64,000 nt of DNA from Thermomicrobiales bacterium (GTDB lineage: Bacteria; Chloroflexota; Chloroflexia; Thermomicrobiales; UBA6265), in NCBI GenBank assembly GCA_049841275.1, contig JASGDN010000036.1, positions 10,173 to 74,172 on the forward strand, read 5' to 3'. Shown here piece by piece: positions 28,393 to 39,156 of the stretch. The translations under genes were made by a program, and so were the position numbers. A model generated the notes under the pieces. The model was given only the letters and a program-made list of their open reading frames with translations, made no database searches and was not told where the DNA came from. Each line of letters opens with the position of its first letter. The stretch's first letter is position 1.

Positions 28393-30387
28393 TCAGGCGG
28401 ACGGGGTCACCGAGGGCGACGCCTCCGGCGAAGCGGCGGGGCTGGCAACCGGGCTCGCTGTTGGCGACGGAGACGGTGTGGGCGTCGGCGTTGGGCCGAC
28501 CGGCGCGCTCGCGGCGTCCCCGGTCTTCCAAAGCAACCGTGTCTCCCATGTCGACAGCATCTTGTTCGGCTGGAATCCTTCCACGCCCGGACGGACCAGC
28601 ACCAGATCCCGCGGGAATCCGAGCCAGAGACCAAACAAGTCGTCGTTCACCGCTTGCTGCAGCGATGCCAAGGCCGCCTTCATCTGGTCCTCCGACGTCG
28701 CGGCGAACCATTTTTCCAGCGCGGCATCCGCCTTCGGGTTGTCGTACGAACCCGGATTCCAGCCGGCGGAGTTCGTGCGGACATCCCATTGGGACCCGTA
28801 GAGATCGTATTCGTCGAACGCCGGATACTGCACGAGGGTGAAGGCCACCATGTCGAACTGATGATTGTCCACCCACCGTTCGAGGAAGTCGCCCGGATCC
28901 AGGACCTGCACCGTGAGGCGAGCGCCGATCTTGTTGAAGTTGTCGTTCAATCCCTGCAACAGGGAAATCAGCTCCGGACGATCCGCAGAGCTCACCACGC
29001 AATAGAGGTCGAGCGTGTTGCCGTCCTTGTCCTCCAGCAGGCCATCGCCATCGGCATCGGACCAGCCACCGTCCTTGAGCACCTGCTTCGCCTTGGCGAT
29101 GTCGAACGGCGGGTTCGCGAGCGACGTATCGCGGGCCCAGGGCTGGGTGATGGTGCCAGCGGCCTTGTCGTCCAGGTACCCCGCGAAGACCTCGTTGCGA
29201 TAGGCCACGCGATCGACCGCAAGGGTCAACGCTTGCCGAAGGGCGGTGTCCTTCATCATGTCGGCCGTGACATTGGCCGGGTTGTTGAAGTTGAAGGCAG
29301 CAAACATCGAGACCGGCGACTCGACGACGTACAGCGTGCCGGTCCAGGCGTAGACGCTGGTCGCCTGCGCCGGTGAGACGGGGAGTAGGTCGACCTTGCC
29401 CTCCTGCCAGGCCTTCAGACGGGCGTCGGCATCGTCCTCGGCGGTCAGCGTCAGCGTGTCGGCATTTGGACGCGTCTGCCAATACTGGGCAAACGCCTTG
29501 AAGGTGATTGCATCGCTGGAGACCTTGTCGATCGCCCACGGCCCGGTTCCGATCGGCGTGGTCTTCGACACGTCGAAGCCGCTAAGCGTTCGGTTCCCGT
29601 CATCCTGCTTGTTCCAGAAATCGCCGTACTGGTGCGCCGGGAAAACCGGCAGCGTGCAGGCATTGAAGAGGAAGGCAGCATCGGGTTGGGTAAACGTGAC
29701 CGAAACCGTCTTCGCGTTCACCATCGTGATCTTGTCGACGTTGGTGAAGAACCGCCCGACCGCACTGGCAGTATCGTCCTGATAGACCTGGAGCGAAAAG
29801 GCGACATCGGCGGCGGTGAACGGCATGTCGTCGTGCCAGGTGATGCCGTGCCGGATGTCGAGTTCCAGGGTGAGGCCATCCGCACTGGCCCTCCACGTTT
29901 CGATCAGGTACGGCTGCGGCTCCATCGACTCATCGTCCGGCCAGAGCATCGGCTCCAGATAGCTCGCGGCGACCTGCGGGTCCTGACGGAACGCAGCGGG
30001 ATTGAAGTTGTCGAGATCGGCACTCGCGACGAACATCCGGAGATCGCCCCCGGACACCGGCTGCCCGTTCGGCGCCGGCTTCTGGTCGGTCACCACCTTC
30101 AGGACAGACGGCGGCGTGGCCGTCGGTTCCGGAGTGACGGGGACCGTTGCGGTCGGCGATGGCGGTGGACTGGCAGCCGGCGTGGCCGTCGACGCGGCTG
30201 GGGTTCCCGCATTCTGGGCCAGGGCCACCTGCAACCCGGCGGCAACCGTCGCCGCTCCGGTGAGACCGCCGATCACCGCGCGGCGGCGGGTGATGGCGAA
30301 GGGTGAAACGAAGCCAGGCGATCCCACTTCCGCATCATCGCTCGTCGTTTCGCCCCGATGGCGATCGCCGGGCGTCGCCGTGGTCAT
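28393..30387 (-). CDS. Family-5 (peptide/nickel/oligosaccharide type) ABC solute-binding protein, Tat signal, with no adjacent transporter genes
   Basis: TRRRAVIGGLTGAA signal and an SBP_bac_5-like body. N-terminal PT-rich linker and a C-terminal PTPTPTPSPSPTASPVASPAASPEASP tail. ATG 30387 with GGAGGAG upstream. Confidence 0.85.
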   Translation of the reverse strand: MTTATPGDRHRGETTSDDAEVGSPGFVSPFAITRRRAVIGGLTGAATVAAGLQVALAQNAGTPAASTATPAASPPPSPTATVPVTPEPTATPPSVLKVVTDQKPAPNGQPVSGGDLRMFVASADLDNFNPAAFRQDPQVAASYLEPMLWPDDESMEPQPYLIETWRASADGLTLELDIRHGITWHDDMPFTAADVAFSLQVYQDDTASAVGRFFTNVDKITMVNAKTVSVTFTQPDAAFLFNACTLPVFPAHQYGDFWNKQDDGNRTLSGFDVSKTTPIGTGPWAIDKVSSDAITFKAFAQYWQTRPNADTLTLTAEDDADARLKAWQEGKVDLLPVSPAQATSVYAWTGTLYVVESPVSMFAAFNFNNPANVTADMMKDTALRQALTLAVDRVAYRNEVFAGYLDDKAAGTITQPWARDTSLANPPFDIAKAKQVLKDGGWSDADGDGLLEDKDGNTLDLYCVVSSADRPELISLLQGLNDNFNKIGARLTVQVLDPGDFLERWVDNHQFDMVAFTLVQYPAFDEYDLYGSQWDVRTNSAGWNPGSYDNPKADAALEKWFAATSEDQMKAALASLQQAVNDDLFGLWLGFPRDLVLVRPGVEGFQPNKMLSTWETRLLWKTGDAASAPVGPTPTPTPSPSPTASPVASPAASPEASPSVTPSA

Positions 30388-30614
30388 AGTCCTACTCCTC
30401 CGCCGCATCCTGCGGGCGATTGTCGTTCTGCTCGTGGTCCCGGGCAAGCAGTCTCAAATGGCACACCACGACCGTCCAGCGCAACGGGACCGGCATGGTG
30501 CCAACTATACACGGGCGTCCGTACACCCTCCAGCATCCGATCGGCCTGACCCGTCAGAGAATCGTGCCGTTCGTTATACTCGCGGGAGTATCCACGCTGA
30601 GCATCGAGGGCGAC

Positions 30615-31991
30615 ATGACGCACGACTCCACGCGCGACCACGACAATGTCACGAAGCCTGCGTCCGAGACGCCATCCGTTGTTCCGTCTCGCACCACGAC
30701 GCCCCCAACGGCCATTCCGATTCCGAAACCTGCCGCTCCGCGCCAGGACGCGCCCGCATCCGACGAGCGGCATGCCGACGACCCGTCCGGTGCGGAGCGA
30801 TCCACGCCCGACAAGTCTGGCGTGAACGATCCCGCCGAACGCGGCACGAGTGCGGTCAGCTGGTTCTCCAAGCTGAACATCCACCGTAACGATGCGTCCT
30901 CCGGACAAGAGACTCCCGCACCTGTGTCAACGCTCCACGACCCATCCCGGATTCTCACCGACCCGCCAGCCAGTGAATCCGTGCCCGATCCGGGCATCCC
31001 CGAACCGACGGCCGAGCATGGCCTCCCACCGGCCGCAGCCGCGTCCGACGGGCCGCCGGTGAAACGCATCGTCGTGGTCGGGCGCCAGCAGCGGCCCGAC
31101 GCGCTCCGCGAAATCGCCACGATCCTCGGGGTCCCGGGAACCGCCCCTTCGACGCTGGCCTGGCGCATTGTCCTCATGGGCGGCGCAGTCCTGATCCTGC
31201 TCGCCCTCCTCGCGAACAGCGGTGGACTCGCGTTGACGATCCTCTCCGCGGTCGTGCCGCTCCTCCTGCTCCTCTCGTTCGTGGACCACCGCAATCATCT
31301 CCTGGGCGAAGCCACGATCGTGCTGGCCATCACAGGACTCGGCGGGGTGATCGTGGGCGGCATCCTCGGCTGGATTGCGGCCCGCGTCGTCGCGTCGAGC
31401 TGGTTCGACGAGGGCGTGCTGAATTTCGGCGCCGCCGGATTCGGCGGACGCTACACCCATGCGGCCGGAGACGCTGGCTGGCTCGTCTGGCTGGTCAACG
31501 GCATCGTCCTGCCAATCGTTGCCCTGGCGGCGGCGCTGGCCCTGCCAGTCGCGCTCCACCGCTCGGGGCGCTTCACCCCGGCGGCGGACGATGGCCTCGT
31601 CCTCGGTGCAGCGGCGGGCGCCGGATATGCCATCGGCACGGCGGCCGTTTTCTGGTCGCCGCTGAACGTCCACACTGCGCCTGCGCTCGCCGTCGCTGAT
31701 TGGACACTGATGGTGATCGGCGTTGCGTTCCTCCAGCCCGTCATCGTCGTGCTCGCGCTGGCAGCGCTCGGCTCGGCGATATGGCGGTACCTGAGCGACC
31801 GGCAGATCGCTCCGACGGTCCTGCCAGCCGTCTGTGGCATCGGCGGGATCCTGGTGTTGCGCCTTGGATCGATCTGGATCCAGCCGCGACAGGAACATCT
31901 CTGGCTGGAGATCTGCTGGACCATCCTTGTTGCCGCAGGCGTGGCCGTGCTCCATCGCATCGCCGTGGCGCGATCGCCACATCGCACCTGA
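30615..31991 (+). CDS. Polytopic membrane protein with a ~190-aa Pro/Ser/Asp-rich N-terminal region (PrsW-like assignment is very tentative)
   Basis: About 7-8 hydrophobic helices in the C-terminal 270 aa, with a low-complexity cytoplasmic N-terminus. ATG 30615. Confidence 0.5.
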   Translation: MTHDSTRDHDNVTKPASETPSVVPSRTTTPPTAIPIPKPAAPRQDAPASDERHADDPSGAERSTPDKSGVNDPAERGTSAVSWFSKLNIHRNDASSGQETPAPVSTLHDPSRILTDPPASESVPDPGIPEPTAEHGLPPAAAASDGPPVKRIVVVGRQQRPDALREIATILGVPGTAPSTLAWRIVLMGGAVLILLALLANSGGLALTILSAVVPLLLLLSFVDHRNHLLGEATIVLAITGLGGVIVGGILGWIAARVVASSWFDEGVLNFGAAGFGGRYTHAAGDAGWLVWLVNGIVLPIVALAAALALPVALHRSGRFTPAADDGLVLGAAAGAGYAIGTAAVFWSPLNVHTAPALAVADWTLMVIGVAFLQPVIVVLALAALGSAIWRYLSDRQIAPTVLPAVCGIGGILVLRLGSIWIQPRQEHLWLEICWTILVAAGVAVLHRIAVARSPHRT

Positions 31992-32759
31992 GACCCTGCG
32001 GCAACGCGAGCCTCCCAACGATATTCGAAATCGGGAGCCATGCGGGTGATCCACTACCTGTAGGGACGGTCCTCGTGATCGCCCGGCGGGTAACGGAAAT
32101 CCGGACGATCATCGGTCGCAGCCGCGAGAACCATCCCTACGAGGGTTGGCTCCTTGGGCGTGGCTGTCATGATGAACTCGGCTGCCAGGAACCCCGTGCA
32201 AAGGCATGGCTCCCACCCCAAGGCGGGCAAGAGAATGTTCGCGGCTGCCTATCACGTCGGGTGACCGGAAAGTGGAGCGCCGGTCCGGTGGTGTTCGGAC
32301 CGGCGTTATAGAAGGTGCTGAAGCATCCAACCTGTCGCCACCCTGGGAAAGGTAGACGTCCCAAGCCGTCAGGACTTACGCTCTCGCCGCACTGACGGAA
32401 CCCCGTCGAAGATCCCACATCGCGTGGAATTGCATCTGGATCGACCGGACCGAGGTGGTGCAATCGGCCGGAACGATCACGGAATCACCAGCTGGAGATA
32501 GCTGATGACCGGGTTCCCGGAAGAACTGGAAAGGATGCGCAATGCGCTTCCAGCCACATACCACCAGCAATTCCTGCCCGGTTTCCCGCGCATCGATCAC
32601 TGGCAGCAACGACGCTTCAGTAGCATCACGGTACCCGTGCTGCTAACGAATGTCAAGGAGAATTGGATGGGGGAACGCCGTGAATTCACCTGAAGACGCG
32701 GAATATCGCGAGAGGGAATGATACGACGACAAGCGCGATGATCGTGCCGGGGACGACCG

Positions 32760-33254
32760 CTATCGGAGATCGGCCGTCGAGAGTGCGCCGGAAACACGCC
32801 CGCAATCGCCGCGGGCCTGCCGTTGCAGGATCGCCTCGATCGTCTGCCGCGTTTCGTCCACCGACCCGGAGGCCAGCACCGCAGGCAACGAGAGGACACC
32901 AAGCGCCGCCGCCACACGCCCGATGTCTGGCACCACCACACTGAGCCATCGCGTGTGACCGGGGCACTCCAGTTCCACCGGCGTCACGATCACGCCACCG
33001 GCCTCCTTGCCGATGCGAGCATCGGCAAGGAGCTGGCTGACATATCGCTCCACGTCGATGGCCACACCGGAAGCCGTGTCCAGCAACAGAAGCACGGACG
33101 GTTGCCCCGGAGCGGCTATCGGATCGACCTGATGATCGACGCCAGCCATTGGAATGATCAAGGTTGGGTCCCCCGCCGCCGGCACCGTCCATTCGCTGGA
33201 GATGCGTTCCGGTTCCGATGGCATGAGCCCGCCGGTCATCTGGAGACCACCCAT
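32760..33254 (-). CDS. Hypothetical protein
   Basis: GC3-rich ORF with no family recognised. Start ambiguous (ATG at 33254, 33239 or 33224; the tracked start is 33395). Confidence 0.35.
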   Translation of the reverse strand: MGGLQMTGGLMPSEPERISSEWTVPAAGDPTLIIPMAGVDHQVDPIAAPGQPSVLLLLDTASGVAIDVERYVSQLLADARIGKEAGGVIVTPVELECPGHTRWLSVVVPDIGRVAAALGVLSLPAVLASGSVDETRQTIEAILQRQARGDCGRVSGALSTADLR

Positions 33255-33597
33255 CGCGGCCGATGCGTTTCCCACCACACCCGCCACGATGTGCGTTCTC
33301 CGTGCGCCCAGGGGGCAGAACAGGATTGCGGATTGCCTTTGTCGCTTCGGGACCGAATCACCACAGTAGCCGACTTGATACGCCAGCCGAACCACTCGCC
33401 TCCGCGAAGCGCCTCTCGACGCTCACATGCCAATGGTCCCAGACCGGGGCAGGAGGATCATCGGGCAAATCACGTATTCCGGCATGGTGAATTACGTATT
33501 TGACGGAGGAAGGGAACGCTGCCGATTCCGCCCGGAAGGCCGATCCTGACTGCAACCGGCTTCCGGGCGTACGCCACTCCCATGCAACGTAACGCCG

Positions 33598-34683
33598 TCA
33601 GGCGGAGGCCGCCTCGAGCAACGCCGTGCGTGGCGCCGCCGTCGGCAGCGCGACGACATGGTCGCCGGCTTCAGCCGCCTCGGCGCCTTCCATTGCCCCA
33701 AGCATCGCGCGGGAGATACGGACGATCCGCCCCAGCTCATCCGGGGTGATCGTCTGGTAGCCGTCGCTGAGGGCTTCATCCGGATGCGGATGGACCTCCA
33801 CCATCAGGCCATCCGCACCGGCCGCGAGACCGGCCAGCGCCATCGACTTCACCAGCGACCGTCGCCCGGTCCCATGACAGGGATCGACGATCACGGGAAG
33901 ATGCGTCAGCTCCTTCAGTCCCGGCACCGCGTTCAGGTCGAGGTTGAACCGGAACGTCGTGTCGAAGGTGCGGATGCCGCGCTCGCAGAGCACGACATCG
34001 GTGCTTCCATGCGCCAGCAGGTACTCCGCACTCATCAGCAGCTCCTCGATCGTCGCGGAGAAGCCGCGCTTGAGCAGAACCGGCATGCCGCTCGCACCGA
34101 CCCGCTTCAGCAACGCGAAGTTGGACATGTTGCGCGTGCCGATCTGGAACATGTCGGCGTACTGGGCGATGAGATCGACCTGATCGGCTTCCATCACCTC
34201 GGTCACCACCGGCATCCCGGTCGCCTCACGCGCCGCGGCCAGATGACGGAGCCCTTCCTCGCCAAGTCCCTGGAAGGAGTACGGCGAGGTGCGCGGCTTG
34301 AAGGCGCCCCCACGCAGGATATGGGCGCCATTCGCCTTCGCCGCGCGCGCGATCTCGACCAGGTTTTCCCGCGACTCGATGGAGCACGGCCCCGCCATCA
34401 CGACCGGCTCGGTGGCCCCTGCCCCAATCGTCACGGCTCCGAGGCGAACGGTGCTGGCGCCACGCGCTTCGAGGCTGGCGAGCATGTACGGCTTGTGAAC
34501 CGGCTGCACCGCGACGACCCCCGGCAACACCGAGAGATCCTCCGCCGGCGCGCCGCCGATGCCAATGACGGTCCCGCCATTCTCATCGTTCATCATCTTC
34601 GCGCGCAGCCCACGTGCTGCCGCCGCCGCGAGGACCGCCGTTCGCGTGGTTTCCGGTGCATCGTGTCCGAGTGTGACCAACAT
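33598..34683 (-). CDS. aroF: 3-deoxy-7-phosphoheptulonate (DAHP) synthase, type I-beta, with N-terminal ferredoxin-like regulatory domain
   Basis: [39 protein letters not shown]. The N-terminus [13 protein letters not shown].. aligns with the Thermotoga-type regulatory domain. ATG 34683. Confidence 0.92.
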   Translation of the reverse strand: MLVTLGHDAPETTRTAVLAAAAARGLRAKMMNDENGGTVIGIGGAPAEDLSVLPGVVAVQPVHKPYMLASLEARGASTVRLGAVTIGAGATEPVVMAGPCSIESRENLVEIARAAKANGAHILRGGAFKPRTSPYSFQGLGEEGLRHLAAAREATGMPVVTEVMEADQVDLIAQYADMFQIGTRNMSNFALLKRVGASGMPVLLKRGFSATIEELLMSAEYLLAHGSTDVVLCERGIRTFDTTFRFNLDLNAVPGLKELTHLPVIVDPCHGTGRRSLVKSMALAGLAAGADGLMVEVHPHPDEALSDGYQTITPDELGRIVRISRAMLGAMEGAEAAEAGDHVVALPTAAPRTALLEAASA

Positions 34684-35305
34684 CCTGGGCTCCATCCTTC
34701 TCGCCAGCGTTTGCGAACCGCTGGCGGCTGTTCCTGCAGCGGGAACGGGACTCCCCATCCCCACGACGATCGTTCCGGACGCACACCCGACGACGTTGTC
34801 GGACTCGATGCCATCCTCGATGGCAAACAAAAAACCGAGACGTGTGTCTCGGCTCCCCTCGGTCTGCGCATGGAGTGTGTGGCGTTGCGAATCAGTGCCT
34901 GCTACAGCCCGTTCGCCCCGCCGGCGCAGCCGGGGGGTCGGTAAAGTACCAGGCGTAATAGAATGAGGACATCCACGCATTCCCCGAGGGAACCGTGGCG
35001 ACCGATCGCTCTTCGACTGGCGAGGGCATGTGCTTCGTCTTCATCACGAGCGCAGCGTACCCGCCGCGCCCACGACTTGTCAATACCTGCCGTCGAACCG
35101 GTTCTCGCATCATCCGCCGGGCGCAGGAATGCCCGCACGGACGAACAGTATTGACAGTAATCGCTTCGAAAACCTCTTTACTTCTGGCAACCGTCTTGCG
35201 ACAATAGCAACGTTGGCCGACGATACGGCGCGCCGGAGCGGATCGCTCCTGGCGTGCAAGTACCGCAATCGTCTTCGCTTCACGATCACGGAGGATCTCG
35301 AGATC

Positions 35306-35911
35306 ATGGCACGCGAACTCGCTCCCCTGCCCTATCCGTTTGACGCACTCGAACCGCATATCGATGCGCTGACGATGGAGATTCATCACGATCGCCATCA
35401 TCAGGCGTACGTGACCAATCTCAACAACGCGGTCGCCGGCACGGATCTGGAGAACGTCAGCTCCGAGGATCTCGTCAAGAACCTCGCGAGCGTCCCGGAG
35501 GACAAGCGCACGGCCGTCCGCAACAACGCCGGCGGCGACGTGAATCACACCTTCTTCTGGGAACTCCTGACGCCGGGCGGAGCCTCCGCCCCGACCGGTG
35601 CGCTCGCCGAGGCGATCGACAAGACCTTCGGCAGCCTTGATGCGCTGAAGGAGAAGGTCAACACCGCCGGTGCCGGCCGCTTCGGGTCCGGCTGGGCCTG
35701 GCTGATCGTCGACAATGGTGAACTCAAGGTCGCCAGCACCGCGAACCAGGACAGCCCGCTCACCGATGGCCTGACCCCGGTACTCGGCGTCGACGTCTGG
35801 GAGCACGCGTACTACCTGAAATACCAGAACAAGCGCCCAGCCTATCTCGAGGCGATCTGGAACGTCATCAACTGGGATGTCGCAGGCAAGAACTACGACG
35901 CCGCGAAGTAG
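35306..35911 (+). CDS. sodA: Fe/Mn superoxide dismutase
   Basis: [38 protein letters not shown] upstream of ATG 35306. Confidence 0.95.
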   Translation: MARELAPLPYPFDALEPHIDALTMEIHHDRHHQAYVTNLNNAVAGTDLENVSSEDLVKNLASVPEDKRTAVRNNAGGDVNHTFFWELLTPGGASAPTGALAEAIDKTFGSLDALKEKVNTAGAGRFGSGWAWLIVDNGELKVASTANQDSPLTDGLTPVLGVDVWEHAYYLKYQNKRPAYLEAIWNVINWDVAGKNYDAAK

Positions 35912-35940
35912 ATCCGTTCCTGCGACATTGCATCGCGCGA

Positions 35941-35967
35941 AGGGGGTATCCGTCATGGATACCCCCT
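35941..35967 (+). terminator. Intrinsic terminator after sod
   Basis: agggggtatcc-gtcat-ggataccccct followed by TTTGTTGTG. Confidence 0.65.
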
Positions 35968-36194
35968 TTGTTGTGCACAAGAGAGGGAAGGGGAGATCCC
36001 AGCAGTTTCCCAGCTATATCCCAGGCCAGCCCAGTGCCTTCGTGTCACACTGCGTGCAGAACCGTTGACGCGCATCCCCCTGCGACGTACGGTTGTGGGG
36101 TCCGGTCGGCATCGATGCCACCTTGCCCCGTTCCGTTTCGCACCGAGCGACGGCACCCCTCTGGCGTTGCCGTCCCCAGGAGTACGGCAGGACT

Positions 36195-37466
36195 ATGAAC
36201 CATCCCTTCCCCGAAGCCACCCCGCACGCCGAACGTCCCCGCCGCAGGCCGCGCATCACCCCGACCCTGATGACCGCCGCCGCAGCCGTTGCCCTGACCG
36301 TCCTGCTTGCCGGAGCAACGGTGATCCACGCCCTCGCGCAAGCCGTCGGGCCGGCGGCGCCATCGCCAGCGCAGGGGCATGCGTCGGTGATCGCCAGTGG
36401 CATCGCATCGATTCCGGAAGGGGCAAAACGGTGGCGTGTCCTGACCGAGGAGGCCAACGACGAGATCGCCTACCAGGTCGTGCCCGCTACCGGGTTCGTC
36501 TACTCGACCGGTACGCCGCTCATCATGGTGGATGTCGCCTCCGCAAAGCGTCAGCGCCTGGCGTCCGGTGAAGCGGCCTTCGTCGACGCCCAGCAACAGA
36601 TCGGCGTTGGTTCGGTCGGGGCGCGCCAGCAGTTCATGATGATCGAACTCGGGGCCAGCGGCACCCAGCCGACCTCCCCCGCGCAGTTTGTCAGCGGCCC
36701 GTTCGATGCGACGACCGGTGACTACGATGTCGCCCTCGTCCGAGATGTCCTGAACCAGGACGAGCAGGGCACCGTCCCGGCCGGATCGCTGCCGACCCTG
36801 GTCTACGCCGTGAACGGCACCATCTCCATCGACCTCAATGGCACGTCGACGAGACTCGACGCCGGGCAGGCCGACACCTTCGATGGGGACCTCACCATCA
36901 CCGGCGAAACCGGCGGCGCCACCTACATCGCGGCACACATCGGGGCGAAACTCCCCTCCGTCGCGACGCCGGTTGCATCGCCGACAGCCGCTCCCGCCAC
37001 CCCGACACCGACGACCGCTCCCACGGAGACGCCCACGCCAACCGAGACGCCGAGGCCGACAATGGCAGCCAGCCCGACGGCACCTGCCCCCGCCACCCCG
37101 GACGCCGCGGCAGCCGTGGATACCGATGGCGACGGCCTCTCCGACGCCGACGAGGCGACGGCCGGAACCGATCCGAACAACCCGGACACCGACGATGACG
37201 GGATCAATGACGGGAACGAGGTGAACGTCTACAAGACCGATCCCCTCAACCTCGACACCGACGGCGACACACTCTACGACGGCGGAGAGCTCATCTACGA
37301 AACCGATCCGCTCAAGCCGGACACGGATGGCGACGGTCTCTCCGACGGCGATGAGGTCTACATCACCCTCACCGACCCGACGAAGGCCGACACCGACGGC
37401 GACGGCGTCTCGGATGGGCAGGAGACCACGAACGGTACCGATCCGCTGAATCCGAACTCCAGGTAG
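36195..37466 (+). CDS. Secreted protein with five thrombospondin-type-3-like Ca2+-binding repeats
   Basis: Signal/TM ..[26 protein letters not shown]-rich linker. Repeats [60 protein letters not shown]. Confidence 0.75.
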   Translation: MNHPFPEATPHAERPRRRPRITPTLMTAAAAVALTVLLAGATVIHALAQAVGPAAPSPAQGHASVIASGIASIPEGAKRWRVLTEEANDEIAYQVVPATGFVYSTGTPLIMVDVASAKRQRLASGEAAFVDAQQQIGVGSVGARQQFMMIELGASGTQPTSPAQFVSGPFDATTGDYDVALVRDVLNQDEQGTVPAGSLPTLVYAVNGTISIDLNGTSTRLDAGQADTFDGDLTITGETGGATYIAAHIGAKLPSVATPVASPTAAPATPTPTTAPTETPTPTETPRPTMAASPTAPAPATPDAAAAVDTDGDGLSDADEATAGTDPNNPDTDDDGINDGNEVNVYKTDPLNLDTDGDTLYDGGELIYETDPLKPDTDGDGLSDGDEVYITLTDPTKADTDGDGVSDGQETTNGTDPLNPNSR

Positions 37467-37484
37467 CCTTACGGAGCCAACATG

Positions 37485-37518
37485 GGAGAACCCGGTCGCA
37501 GTTGCGACCGGGTTCTCC
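37485..37518. terminator. Bidirectional hairpin terminator
   Basis: ggagaacccggtcgc / gcgaccgggttctcc forms a 15-bp stem followed by tgttt. Confidence 0.65.
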
Positions 37519-37543
37519 TGTTTCCTTGCCCTGAACCGTGCGC

Positions 37544-39010
37544 CTATTTCTTGCCGTCCTCGCCTGTCATCAGGCGGGAACCACGATTGAAGCTGAAGTA
37601 GTTCGCGATCCACTGGATCGCCACCGCGACCCGGTTGCGGACGCCCGGCAGCAGCGCATCGTGGATGCCCATCCAGGCGAACCACGCAGCGAACCCGCTG
37701 AACTTCTTGCCGTTGAGGTCGGCGATCGCGGCGTTGCGGCCGACCACTGCCAGGCTGCCCCGGTTGTGATAGGCGAACGGCTGGTAGGCCTGCCCAGCGA
37801 TCCGGCGCGTGATGTTCGCTGCCGCCCACTCGCCCTGCTGGATCGCCGCCGGCGCCACGCCCGGAACCGGCTTGCCCTCGGCATTCTTCACGCTCGCGGC
37901 ATCGCCGATCACGAAGAGCTCCGGATGTCCGGCGACGTGCAGCTCCGAGGTCACCGGCACCCGGCCGGCACGGTCGAGTTCGGCGACACCCGCCAGCTGC
38001 CGTGTGAGCGGCGAGACCTGCACACCGGCCGCCCAGATGATCGTCCCGGCATCGATGCGGGTATCACCCATGTTGAGGCCGGTCTCGTCGATGTTGGTGA
38101 CCATCGAGTTGGTCTTCACCTCGACGCCAAAGCCGTTCAGGCTCTTCGCGGCCTTGGCGGCCAGGTCCTCGTCATACATCGGGAGGATACGCGGCAACGC
38201 CTCGACCAGATAGATGCGCGACTGCCGGGTATCGATGGTCTTGTAGTCGTTCACCAGCGTATGATGCGCCAGCTCACCGATGGCGCCGGCCAGTTCGACG
38301 CCGGTCGGGCCACCGCCGACGATCACGAAAGTCATCAGCGCCTGCCGCTTCGCGGGGTCGGTCTCCTTCTCGGCCTGCTCGTATGCCGCGAGGAGGTTGC
38401 GACGGATACGCTCCGCATCCTCGATCGTCTTCATGCCCGGCGCGAGCGGCGCCCACTCGTCGCGGCCGAAATAGGAGTGCGTCGCGCCGACGGCCACGAT
38501 CAGATAGTCGTACGGCAACGCCGTGCCATCGGCCAGCGTCACCGACTTGCCCTCGGTGTCGATCGTGTCGACCGTGCCCAGCACGACCTTCACGTTCTTC
38601 TGGCGCTTCACCATCGAGCGGATCGGCGTCGCGATGTGCGACGGCGACAGCTGCCCGGTGGCGACCTGATAGAGCAACGGAGCGAACAGGTGATAGTTGC
38701 GCTGGTCGACCAGCGTCACCTCGACATTCGCATCCGCAAACTTCCTGGCGGCGCTCATACCGCCGAATCCGCCGCCGATGATGACGACCTTCTGCCTGAC
38801 ACCCGGGCGAGCCGCCGCCGCGGCCACCGGGTCCGGCTTCACGACCTCAGTCGCGACGCTGACGAACTGGGCCACCGGCCCTTCGTCGGTCTTCGCGGCG
38901 TCACCGCCCGGCTGTGTCAACCCTGTCTCGGAAGAAACCACGCTGCGCTCCACTCTTCCCGTACACCCGCGGTCGAACCCAAGCCGGCCCGACGTTCGTC
39001 CCGATTGCAC
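37544..39010 (-). CDS. ndh: Type II NADH:quinone oxidoreductase (NDH-2)
   Basis: KVVIIGGGFGGMSAA and FVIVGGGPTGVELAG dinucleotide folds. The tracked GTG start at 39010 gives a ~60-aa N-terminal extension, so the true start is uncertain. Confidence 0.88.
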   Translation of the reverse strand: MQSGRTSGRLGFDRGCTGRVERSVVSSETGLTQPGGDAAKTDEGPVAQFVSVATEVVKPDPVAAAAARPGVRQKVVIIGGGFGGMSAARKFADANVEVTLVDQRNYHLFAPLLYQVATGQLSPSHIATPIRSMVKRQKNVKVVLGTVDTIDTEGKSVTLADGTALPYDYLIVAVGATHSYFGRDEWAPLAPGMKTIEDAERIRRNLLAAYEQAEKETDPAKRQALMTFVIVGGGPTGVELAGAIGELAHHTLVNDYKTIDTRQSRIYLVEALPRILPMYDEDLAAKAAKSLNGFGVEVKTNSMVTNIDETGLNMGDTRIDAGTIIWAAGVQVSPLTRQLAGVAELDRAGRVPVTSELHVAGHPELFVIGDAASVKNAEGKPVPGVAPAAIQQGEWAAANITRRIAGQAYQPFAYHNRGSLAVVGRNAAIADLNGKKFSGFAAWFAWMGIHDALLPGVRNRVAVAIQWIANYFSFNRGSRLMTGEDGKK

Positions 39011-39040
39011 CGTCGTTCACGACCGCACACGACCAAGTAG

Positions 39041-39060
39041 CGTGAGATCGCAATCTCACG
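39041..39060. promoter_or_regulatory. 20-bp palindrome in the divergent ndh / PHP-hydrolase intergenic region (candidate operator)
   Basis: cgtgagat-cgca-atctcacg has perfect 8-nt arms. Confidence 0.3.
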
Positions 39061-39156
39061 ATATGCTCGGGTGAGAGTATCAACGATCCGCCAAACGACG
39101 CAACCGTTTGGCACAATCTCGCGGCTTTTCCCGCACCAGGAAGCAACGGAGCATCC

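Noticed and set aside
32282-32332. Fluoride (crcB) riboswitch-like segment: GGUCCG-GUGGUGUU-CGGACC ... GCUGAAGCAUCCAAC.
   Set aside because: The hairpin with an 8-nt loop and the 3' UGA.G....C.AC stretch resemble the crcB motif, and a 5-bp pseudoknot with wobbles can be drawn. However, the conserved A-rich J1/3 linker is missing. The P3 stem needs three G-U pairs. No fluoride-related gene follows.
36045-37829. 594-aa minus-strand ORF antisense to the TSP3-repeat gene. The same applies to these long antisense ORFs: 333-1532(-), 2185-3414(-), 4053-5606(-), 17331-18824(+), 18869-20473(-), 37538-39040(+), 41417-42958(+), 45545-47029(+), 48966-51101(+) and 52139-53293(-).
   Set aside because: Each lies opposite a gene with clear family motifs. 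Each has an R/G/P/A/D-biased composition and contains no recognisable domain.
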